DNA of 14,513 bases from Promethearchaeia archaeon (GTDB taxonomy: Archaea > Asgardarchaeota > Lokiarchaeia > Sigyniarchaeales > SOKP01): NCBI GenBank assembly GCA_046497275.1, contig JAWOFX010000187.1, forward strand, positions 1-14,513. The letters are read 5' to 3'. How positions within the stretch are numbered: the stretch's first letter is position 1; every line of letters starts with the position of its first letter. The translations under genes and the position numbers were made by a program. Of the stretch, positions 1 to 7,614 are shown piece by piece. The notes under the pieces were generated by a model. That model had not been told where the DNA came from. It did no database searches and saw only the letters and a program-made list of their open reading frames with translations.

Positions 1-3000
1 GTTTAGTTCTGCTGATAAAGTATTCGGAATAAAGAATGCATCAATATTTCCTGTAGCGAATTGATATTCATATATTCCTGTTTGAATCTCATCTAAAGGA
101 TAGCTGGTTCCATCAATGGTTAAACTCACATCTGCATTGGTTAATAATTGACTTCCATTGGTCGGATCTCTCAAGGTGATACGGATAGTTAAGGTTTCTC
201 CTTGGACAATATTTGTTTTTTTATTTGGAAGATCTGTAGCCTCAATCACTCTTTTCTGTATATTTAGAGTATAATGACCTACTCGTAATTCATAATTATC
301 CCTCTTTATATAAATCCATATGGAATACTCTCCTAATTCTCTAGTTTCTGTATCAAAATCTAAAACATATAGAGAATCCTCATTTTCAATTAAATCTCCG
401 ATTCCTTGATCACTTGTTGAATACCATTCATAATAGGCAGTTTGAGCTTCCGATATTCTATTCCCCGTTAAATTATCTTTATATTCAAATGTAAAATTTC
501 TTGCTTCAAATATCCATATCTCTGGAATATCTTGAATCTGTTTTTCTCCATTAATGGTTGTTGGACGTTCTAAAATCTTTAAATTGAAATAATCCTCTTT
601 TGACTCATAACTTTCGCTAGAGACACTTAATTCAATTCTATATTCTGCCGCATCCGCCAATGAAGTATTAATGTTAATGTAATAGTATCCGGGATTTTCT
701 GGATCTTCTAATGCATTACCAAAACCATAATCCCATTCATATGTAAACATTTCTGCTGTTAATAGTACATGTTCTCGTGTATTAAAATAGCCTAAGGAAA
801 CATTTATTACTTCACCATAATACTGTTCAATTTTTCTAGATTCTAATGGTTCAAATGTTTCATAATCATATATAGAGATATTAGTTGGTATTTCGTTTAT
901 ATATATAGGTATTAATAGTGCATCAGGAGGTGTATAACCTGTCTTTTCCGCAGTTATTATTATATAATATGACTTTCCTCCTTTTAGATTTACTTCACTG
1001 GTATTTAAGGTTGCATCAAATATACCAGAAAACTCTTCATATCCACTAAGATCTATGATTGGTCCATAGGGACTCCATCCTGCGTCTCTAAATTGCATAT
1101 TAATACTATCAGGAGTAGCTAAATTAGTAGTTACATTAATTGTAGTTGTGAAATTTAAAGTGATCGTTATATTATCACTCCAATATACATCGGAAGTGAA
1201 ATTTGAAGGATTCAATGAAATCAAATTTAAATTGGTTTGGAAATTCTCAATATTTAATCGTACTTCTAAATTATAAAATGATTGGTAATCTAATGTAATA
1301 TTATAACCTTCATTTTGTCCATAAGTTATGTCTTCTACATCAAAATCGTAATTTGCATCATAAAACTCTACTAAAACCGTATAATTTCCCCACTCGCCTA
1401 CTTTATTATTAAATCCATAGAAACGTGCTAAACCACTTTCGTCTGCACTTATCATTGCGACGGGTGTATCACTAGTAGGATTACCAGTACTATTATACAC
1501 CTTAACTAGAGCATTCTCAATAGGATCTCCACTTTCCCATTCTGTCACATTGAAATCGATTTTCGAGAGATTTATCCCAACATGTATATCAGTAGATTCT
1601 ACATATACCAAACTTACTGTACCATTAGCTCCTGAGCTATCATGTTTTTCTAAAATTAATTCTATTTTTTCTATATTTTTAGTGTAATTATATTCAAAGG
1701 AATAAGCATCTTTATTATCTGATGCTGAAAATTCACTAGTATGTACACTCGTCCATGAGGATTCTCCAGCATATTGTACTCGTACTTTAAATTCAGTTAT
1801 ATAATCTACAACACCACTTAAACTTATATTAAATTGTGAAATGTAATTGCCAGAATCAGGTGAAAATTCTTCATTTGCTTCCACATAATTTACATCGATT
1901 ACTTTTATATAAGAAAAATCATCAACATTTTTCGATTCTTGAGTGTATTTGGGTTTATCGGGGTATGTTCGGCTAACTGACCCGGTATTGACCATAAGAT
2001 GATTTTTATTATAATTAGATCCTTTTGGTAATTTAGTAGAATCAAAATAGACAGAGTAATTATATGCAGATTGATTAATCCATCTAATTGCTGCTAAACC
2101 TTCATTAAGAGAAACATTTCCAACAATCTCACTCTGATTGTAAAGCTCTACAAATCCATAATTTAAAGCATCTCCATCATAATCTGTTGCATTAAAATTA
2201 ATTGTCCACAAGTTAGTTTGGACTACTAATTCATGTTCTATTTTATTTTGATTTTCTAAATAAGCAACTGTTTCGGTTTTTCCTCCGATAATACCATTTT
2301 GAGTATACTCAACTGTTATATTATAGACTCCTGTTGGAATATTATTAAAAGTGATTTCTCCATATTCATTTGTAGATGCATTTTGATTGAGAAATGGTTC
2401 AGAATTATTTGAGATATATACTTGAGCATTTGGGATTCTAAAACCATCAATATCAACACAAGTGACTTTAAGTTCAGCATATTCAATGATTCCAACAGAA
2501 AATGAAGGCTCAGTTTCCGAATATTTTTTATTCCAAAGATATTCTGTTGGTATAGGGTACACTTTTCCACCATCTGCTGGGTCCCATCCAAGTCTTGAAA
2601 CGGCGCCTCCCCCCTTTTCATACCATTCATATTTGATTGGAACAACGGAAGAGAAAGAATAAGATCCCGAATGTTCACGTGGAGCTTGATCAAACCAAGC
2701 ATCAATAACCTGTGTTTCATTAATCCATAAGCGGCTACCGTCATCTGTATATACATAGAAAATATGATTTCCAGATCCTTTATTTCCAATCCAACCTTCC
2801 CATCTTATACTCACATAATCGGCTAGGTTTTCCCAAGAATTTTCGGAATTTATCACCACTGTTCCACTACCCCAATTAAAATCCACATCTTCATAGGTAT
2901 CAGTACCCTTATATGTTTGAAAATTTATTCCTGCATAGTAAAAATATCTTAATCCAGAATCCATGGTGTTATCGATACTACTTTCATCCACTGCCGCATC

Positions 3001-3456
3001 ATTACCAAAATACATATATATTTTTTCAGTTCCAGAGATGGAGGGAACCCTTACCCAAATAGTACTTTCCCCCCCCGAGACATCCATCTTTTGGATCCAA
3101 TAACCTAGTTCATCATTTGAAGAATTAACAAAACGAATATCTTTTCCAGATGCATCAAGATATCCTTCTTCATACCATCCTGTTAGATTTAATTTAAGTT
3201 CAACTTGATAATCAGATAAATCCCCGCCGGTTGAGGTGATATTTATGGGTACTCTATATTGCCAGCTATAATTCCACCATTGATCTTCTCCAATTCCTTG
3301 ACTCATAACAATCGGATTATCAATTGGACGATAATTATTGGATGAATCACCACGATTTAATGAAATCAATGATATAAAAGTCGGTAGTGTAATAATCAGT
3401 ATTAAAAGAACTAAAAAGAATGTCTTTGTTATTTTAAATGAATTTTTTCTTTTCAT
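1..3456 (-). CDS. Large secreted/cell-surface protein, 3'-partial (>=1152 aa): N-terminal signal/TM segment, DUF2341-like domain, PA14-like domain, then beta-sandwich/Ig-like (carboxypeptidase regulatory-like) repeats
   Basis: Manually translated; open from ATG at 3456 to the window edge with no stop, so it is absent from the ORF track. It begins MKRKNSFKITKTFFLVLLILIITLPTFISLISL (basic then hydrophobic). WWNYSWQYRVPINIT...DIRFV...YWI...IWVRVP...YMYFGN is DUF2341-like. VDFNWGSG...SIRWEGWI...FYVYTDDGSRLWINETQVIDAWFDQ...IKYEWYEKGGGA is PA14-like. Roughly 30 N-x-S/T sequons counted by eye. AAGGT lies 9 nt upstream of the ATG. Confidence 0.88.
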   Translation of the reverse strand, partial: MKRKNSFKITKTFFLVLLILIITLPTFISLISLNRGDSSNNYRPIDNPIVMSQGIGEDQWWNYSWQYRVPINITSTGGDLSDYQVELKLNLTGWYEEGYLDASGKDIRFVNSSNDELGYWIQKMDVSGGESTIWVRVPSISGTEKIYMYFGNDAAVDESSIDNTMDSGLRYFYYAGINFQTYKGTDTYEDVDFNWGSGTVVINSENSWENLADYVSIRWEGWIGNKGSGNHIFYVYTDDGSRLWINETQVIDAWFDQAPREHSGSYSFSSVVPIKYEWYEKGGGAVSRLGWDPADGGKVYPIPTEYLWNKKYSETEPSFSVGIIEYAELKVTCVDIDGFRIPNAQVYISNNSEPFLNQNASTNEYGEITFNNIPTGVYNITVEYTQNGIIGGKTETVAYLENQNKIEHELVVQTNLWTINFNATDYDGDALNYGFVELYNQSEIVGNVSLNEGLAAIRWINQSAYNYSVYFDSTKLPKGSNYNKNHLMVNTGSVSRTYPDKPKYTQESKNVDDFSYIKVIDVNYVEANEEFSPDSGNYISQFNISLSGVVDYITEFKVRVQYAGESSWTSVHTSEFSASDNKDAYSFEYNYTKNIEKIELILEKHDSSGANGTVSLVYVESTDIHVGINLSKIDFNVTEWESGDPIENALVKVYNSTGNPTSDTPVAMISADESGLARFYGFNNKVGEWGNYTVLVEFYDANYDFDVEDITYGQNEGYNITLDYQSFYNLEVRLNIENFQTNLNLISLNPSNFTSDVYWSDNITITLNFTTTINVTTNLATPDSINMQFRDAGWSPYGPIIDLSGYEEFSGIFDATLNTSEVNLKGGKSYYIIITAEKTGYTPPDALLIPIYINEIPTNISIYDYETFEPLESRKIEQYYGEVINVSLGYFNTREHVLLTAEMFTYEWDYGFGNALEDPENPGYYYININTSLADAAEYRIELSVSSESYESKEDYFNLKILERPTTINGEKQIQDIPEIWIFEARNFTFEYKDNLTGNRISEAQTAYYEWYSTSDQGIGDLIENEDSLYVLDFDTETRELGEYSIWIYIKRDNYELRVGHYTLNIQKRVIEATDLPNKKTNIVQGETLTIRITLRDPTNGSQLLTNADVSLTIDGTSYPLDEIQTGIYEYQFATGNIDAFFIPNTLSAELN

Positions 3457-3652
3457 AAACTTCTTACCTTTTTATAAATAGATTTTATTGATACTTCAAT
3501 GTGTTATAAAGTATTTTTATCTATTGTACAAATTCAATTTTTTTTTATAAAATTTAAGTTACAAAACTAATTAGAATTCAAATATTAAAATCTTTATATT
3601 AGCAAAACATATATACCCATAAAATAAGATTGTTTTTAAAACAAATTTAGAA

Positions 3653-4288
3653 TTAAATTTCTTTTATCAATTCTAAGAAAATTCTTCTTTTCTTAGGAGT
3701 ATCGGGATTATCAATGATAAAGCCACCTTCAAATTCAGTTTCTTGAATTATAATACTATTTATTCTTTTTAATATAGTATCATTTTTGGGGTAAAATTGA
3801 AAAACAATTTTTGAACCAAGTTTTAAAATTTCATAAAATGATTTAATAAGATTTACAAAATTTTTTTCAGTCTTTTTATCAAAGAGACCTCGATAAACCC
3901 ATTGAAGAGCAGATATTGACAATATAGCATCAAATTGTTCTGGTTTAAAAGGAGGATAAGACATATCTGCCACTATGGGATTCAAATCCTGTAAATTATG
4001 AACATATAAGAATTCAGATATAATATCGAAAGCAACTATTTTAAAACCTAATTCTTTCAGATAAAATGAAGCAAACCCCGGACCGCATCCTGCATCTAAA
4101 ATCAAAGCATTTGTAGATTTTAAATTCAATATTTCTAAAGCCCTTATAGTAATCTTAGTCTGAATTCTTTGCATATTTTTTGAATACGCATAATCCTCCA
4201 GGGTCTTATCTTTAAAATAATCAAAAACACTATCAAATTTTTCTTCCGGACGTTCTCTTTTCACATCGAAAGAATATTCATCATTCAT
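3653..4288 (-). CDS. Class I SAM-dependent methyltransferase, Bud23/WBSCR22-like (putative SSU rRNA m7G methyltransferase)
   Basis: Motif I ILDAGCGPG, plus family-like segments RPEE, MQRIQTKITIRALEILNL, PF..EQFDAILSISALQW, QFYPKND and F.GGFIIDNP..PKK. These match my recollection of yeast Bud23 (RPEE; VQHIQAKMTLRALELLNL; SFDAAISISAIQW; QFYPKND; FSGGLVVDDP). Confidence 0.82.
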   Translation of the reverse strand: MNDEYSFDVKRERPEEKFDSVFDYFKDKTLEDYAYSKNMQRIQTKITIRALEILNLKSTNALILDAGCGPGFASFYLKELGFKIVAFDIISEFLYVHNLQDLNPIVADMSYPPFKPEQFDAILSISALQWVYRGLFDKKTEKNFVNLIKSFYEILKLGSKIVFQFYPKNDTILKRINSIIIQETEFEGGFIIDNPDTPKKRRIFLELIKEI

Positions 4289-4451
4289 GACATATAAAGA
4301 TAATAATTATATAATTTTCAAAAAAGTTTATACTTCACATCTTTTAATTATTATCTTTAATCATAAACTAAATCAAAAATTTTATTATTTTTAACTCCTT
4401 ATAAAATTTAAGATTTTGATAAAGAATTATTAGAATACACGTGAAAACACT

Positions 4452-4751
4452 ATGTCTGATAAAGAAGATAAACTCTTAGTTCGTAGAGATACCCTAAATT
4501 TGAGAAGAAAATATGGGAGGACTCAAAGAGTAAACATTATTGAGAGAGACGCCTATATTCCAAGTGGGTTAGAAGATGATATCAAAAAAGATATAACAAA
4601 TCGAAAGGCTATATTAGCCTCTGATATTGCTGTAAAATATGATATCCGAGTTTCAACAGCAAAAAATTTGCTTGAAAAATATGAAGAACAAGGACTCGTT
4701 AAACTTTTTGATCCATCGTTAAAATTAAAAATTTATATTCCAACTTCTTAA
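4452..4751 (+). CDS. rps25e: 30S ribosomal protein S25e (eS25)
   Basis: 99-aa basic protein with a winged-helix pattern (KAILASDIAVKYDIRVSTAKNLLEKYEEQGLVK...KIYIP) typical of archaeal/eukaryotic eS25. Confidence 0.88.
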   Translation: MSDKEDKLLVRRDTLNLRRKYGRTQRVNIIERDAYIPSGLEDDIKKDITNRKAILASDIAVKYDIRVSTAKNLLEKYEEQGLVKLFDPSLKLKIYIPTS

Positions 4752-4870
4752 AGTTTCTCCTTGATTTTCAAAATTAGATTTAATAAATTTTTTCAGAATT
4801 TCATTATTAATTATTGTTCTCTTTATTACTTACAACAAATTTTATTTTATATTTTACTTTTATAATTATT

Positions 4871-4973
4871 GCAGATGTAGCCTAGCCTGGTAAGACGCCG
4901 GCCTCGAGAGGTTCCTATACCTAAGAAAGCCGGTGCGTGAAAGCGCGCGAGGGTTCGAATCCCTCCATCTGCG
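4871..4973 (+). tRNA. tRNA-Ser(CGA) with long variable arm and a canonical 37/38 intron; CCA not encoded
   Basis: Acceptor stem GCAGATG/CATCTGC with discriminator G; anticodon stem CCGGC/GCCGG; anticodon CGA at 4905-4907; variable arm GCGT-GAAA-GCGC; T arm GAGGG-TTCGAAT-CCCTC. Confidence 0.96.
4909..4927 (+). other. 19-nt tRNA intron with relaxed bulge-helix-bulge (BHB) motif
   Basis: Bulges AG^A (4907-4909) and AA^A (4926-4928); central helix CTCG/TAAG with one C-A mismatch; intron stem GGT/ACC. Removal gives the 7-nt loop CTCGAGA. Confidence 0.88.
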
Positions 4974-4978
4974 TTTTT
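4974..4978 (+). terminator. Oligo-T tract directly after the tRNA, possible archaeal terminator or processing signal
   Basis: TTTTT immediately follows the discriminator base. T tracts are common in this AT-rich DNA, so support is weak. Confidence 0.35.
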
Positions 4979-5000
4979 AATTATATAAGGAGAGAAAATA

Positions 5001-6065
5001 ATGATTGATGAATTAGTAATAGTTGGTGAATTACATCAAGATTTATATTATGAGAGTAATTTCTATGAGGATTTAGTTAATAAAATAGTAGATAAATTGA
5101 TTAATTTCATTAGATATAATCCTGATGATCTTATAAACCGGAGATTACTCAATAAAATAGTTAAATCAGCTTATTCTGATTTGCCTAAAAAAATTCTTTG
5201 TGATTCTAATATACAAAGAGGAGGAAATGGGAATAATTCGGCAGAATGTCTTGCAAAATTGGAGATGCCCGTTAAATTAATTTCAGTAACTGGAAAAGGA
5301 GTATCTTGGATGGTTGATGAATTAAGTCAATTAGGAATCAATACAGAAAATATATATCAAATCGAACAGAAAAATCCGATAAGTACCATAATAAAATCTG
5401 CTTTCACCACGAAAATATACCTATCTCCAAACCTTAAAGAAAAGATGAATTTTGAAGGCAAAAATTTGGAGGAATCTTTGTTCAAAGATGCAAAACTTAT
5501 ATTTATTACTCCATATGCTCAAAAATATAGCGAAATATTAGAAAAAGCTTCAAAATTAAATAAAATCATAGCAATTACCATTGAATATCAAAAAATAAAT
5601 AATAGTGAACAATTCAGAGAATTGGTTAAAGAAAAAACTGATTTACTATTTATCAATTTAAGTGAAGCTAAACTGATTTTTGAGAATCAAAATATTGAAG
5701 GAATTGATTCTAAACTAAAAAATTTTTCAAATATTCGGATTTATACTGATGGAAAAAATGGATCTTATATTTTTTCAGATTATATTAGAAATGTATTCAT
5801 TCCAACGAAAGAGGTGGAAGTTATCGACAGGACAGGCGCAGGAGATTCTTATGCCGCTGGATTTCTCGCAAAGTTCTCTAATTTTTTTGAAAGTAAAACC
5901 CAATTAAGAAAAATTCTATCTAATGATAAGAAGGAAGAGTTTAGGTCTAAATTAAAAGAATGTGGTAAATATGCCACCTTCACAGCAATGTATAAAATAT
6001 CTCATCAAGAGGCACCTACAAAAGATGAACTGAAGAAATTTATAACAGAATTAAATAATCAGTAG
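5001..6065 (+). CDS. PfkB/ribokinase-family carbohydrate kinase
   Basis: Signature 1 RGGNGNNSAECLAKL and signature 2 DRTGAGDSYAAGF (catalytic Asp present); N-terminal VIVGELHQD; AGGAG upstream of the ATG. Confidence 0.92.
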   Translation: MIDELVIVGELHQDLYYESNFYEDLVNKIVDKLINFIRYNPDDLINRRLLNKIVKSAYSDLPKKILCDSNIQRGGNGNNSAECLAKLEMPVKLISVTGKGVSWMVDELSQLGINTENIYQIEQKNPISTIIKSAFTTKIYLSPNLKEKMNFEGKNLEESLFKDAKLIFITPYAQKYSEILEKASKLNKIIAITIEYQKINNSEQFRELVKEKTDLLFINLSEAKLIFENQNIEGIDSKLKNFSNIRIYTDGKNGSYIFSDYIRNVFIPTKEVEVIDRTGAGDSYAAGFLAKFSNFFESKTQLRKILSNDKKEEFRSKLKECGKYATFTAMYKISHQEAPTKDELKKFITELNNQ

Positions 6066-6079
6066 AAAAAAGGAAAAAA

Positions 6080-7015
6080 CTATTGAATAATTTGATAAAT
6101 AATGTTTTCCATTTCAGGTTTTGCTGCTTCAATCTTATTTAATACTTCTACAGTTTGACCTAAATCCTCTTTATTCTCTTCAATGATGATTAATAAATAA
6201 AAATCTAAATTTCCGAAGGTTAGAACTTCAACCACTCCAGAAAATCTCCTTCCATCTTCAAACTTATCTGAAAATTCATACATAGTTTTATTCTCCGATA
6301 TTATTCTCTTTTGAGTTTCAAGATATGCATCATAAATTCTCATTTTTTCATGTATTTGAAGATGAGGCTTATAATACTCTCCAATTGTTATACCTTTTGC
6401 ATCGAATAATGCCATTAATATCGCATCGTAATTTTTACTAATTTCTTGGAATAATTGAGATACGAGTTCTAGTTTGCTAAATAAGAGAGATAACCCACTC
6501 GAAAATGCATCCATAATCGATTTTATATCGTAGATAGTTGTTTCAAAAAAGAAAATATCGAAATCATTAGAATATTTCGTTAAGGCTTGTTTTAATGTTA
6601 ACACTTTTTGATTTATATCTTTATCATTAACAATTTCGGGATCAAATTTATGAAATAAAACTGCCATTGGAGGGTTTTGTTTTATTTCTTTAAAAAATAA
6701 TAACACTTGGTCTAAATAGTCAATTGACTCAATATATCTGTCAGGATCTTGTACATCTATGACGTAAAAAATTAAATCGGTCCCTCCTAAATATTTCCCT
6801 GGATTTTTTAAATACTGTTCCCTATATTGCTCTTGACCTCCAAAATCCATGCTCACGAGTTCTAATCCTAAAAATTTGAATGTATCTCTATCAATTCTTC
6901 TTGTTGGTAATAATTCCATTACTTCCTCTTCAAACCCAAATCTTTTAGTTACTGAAATAATGAATGAAGTCTTCCCCGCGTTATCGAGCCCTAAAAAAGC
7001 AACTTTTTTTGCCAA
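6080..7015 (-). CDS. Rag/Arf-like small GTPase with C-terminal roadblock-like domain
   Basis: G1 GLDNAGKT, G2 PT, G3 DFGGQ, G4 HKFD and G5-like TTIYD (Rag-type HKxD/TSI). C-terminal ~130 aa contains roadblock-like LFQEISKNYDAILMALFDAKGITIG. TTG start with a strong SD. Confidence 0.88.
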   Translation of the reverse strand: MAKKVAFLGLDNAGKTSFIISVTKRFGFEEEVMELLPTRRIDRDTFKFLGLELVSMDFGGQEQYREQYLKNPGKYLGGTDLIFYVIDVQDPDRYIESIDYLDQVLLFFKEIKQNPPMAVLFHKFDPEIVNDKDINQKVLTLKQALTKYSNDFDIFFFETTIYDIKSIMDAFSSGLSLLFSKLELVSQLFQEISKNYDAILMALFDAKGITIGEYYKPHLQIHEKMRIYDAYLETQKRIISENKTMYEFSDKFEDGRRFSGVVEVLTFGNLDFYLLIIIEENKEDLGQTVEVLNKIEAAKPEMENIIYQIIQ

Positions 7016-7020
7016 AATTG

Positions 7021-7030
7021 TCCCCTCCTT
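7021..7030 (-). promoter_or_regulatory. Shine-Dalgarno motif for the GTPase gene
   Basis: AAGGAGGGGA on the minus strand, 5 nt upstream of the TTG at 7015, supporting the non-ATG start. Confidence 0.7.
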
Positions 7031-7200
7031 TTAATTATTATTTTTCAATAAAAGTCCCGATTTTCTAAATTTAAGTATATTAATAGTAATAAGATAATTT
7101 AATATTTACTTTTAAAATAATTGCAATAAAGAAGATTTATAAATAATTATATTTTCAAAAAAATCTTTAAAATTGGTTAATCAAAATAATTTTATTCATT

Positions 7201-7482
7201 TTAGCCACCACTAATAGGAAAAGATAAATAAATTTTATCCCCATCTTTAAGATTGGTTTTATAATTTTTTTTATGTTTTATATCTTTTCCATCTAAAAGA
7301 ATAAGAATCTGTGGATGCAACTTGGTTTTTGAATCGTTTAATAAGTTTGAATTGAGTTTATCTTTATAATCTTCGATGAATTGATGAATTACTTCTTCAA
7401 TGTTATTTCCCTTATATTCAAGTTTAGTTTGCCCCGTTTTTAGAGCAAAAATATTCAATAAATTTAAAGTTACCTTGACCAT
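7201..7482 (-). CDS. MoaD/ThiS/SAMP/Urm1-family ubiquitin-like sulfur carrier or protein modifier
   Basis: 93 aa with a beta-grasp pattern (VKVTLNLL...ILILLDGKDI...LKDGDKIYLSFPISGG) and a C-terminal diglycine. Confidence 0.92.
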   Translation of the reverse strand: MVKVTLNLLNIFALKTGQTKLEYKGNNIEEVIHQFIEDYKDKLNSNLLNDSKTKLHPQILILLDGKDIKHKKNYKTNLKDGDKIYLSFPISGG

Positions 7483-7614
7483 TCCATAAAAATGAAAATT
7501 CTTTGAAATATAAATTTATTTTTTATAATAAATCTAAAAAATATTATATATGTTTACATAGTAAAGCTTTTCGATAATTTCTTCATTTAATCTAAAAATA
7601 CATTTTAAAAATGA

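Noticed and set aside
2462-2662. Track ORF, 66 aa, plus strand
   Set aside because: Antisense to the large surface-protein gene, with no motif.
2316-2789. Track ORF, 157 aa, minus strand
   Set aside because: Alternative-frame shadow inside the PA14 region of the 1..3456 CDS, whose frame gives recognisable domains.
4949-4973. tRNA 3' end as an integration (att) site
   Set aside because: No second copy of the tRNA 3' end and no integrase were seen in the window.
6849-7034. Track ORF, 61 aa, plus strand
   Set aside because: Antisense shadow of the GTPase P-loop region.
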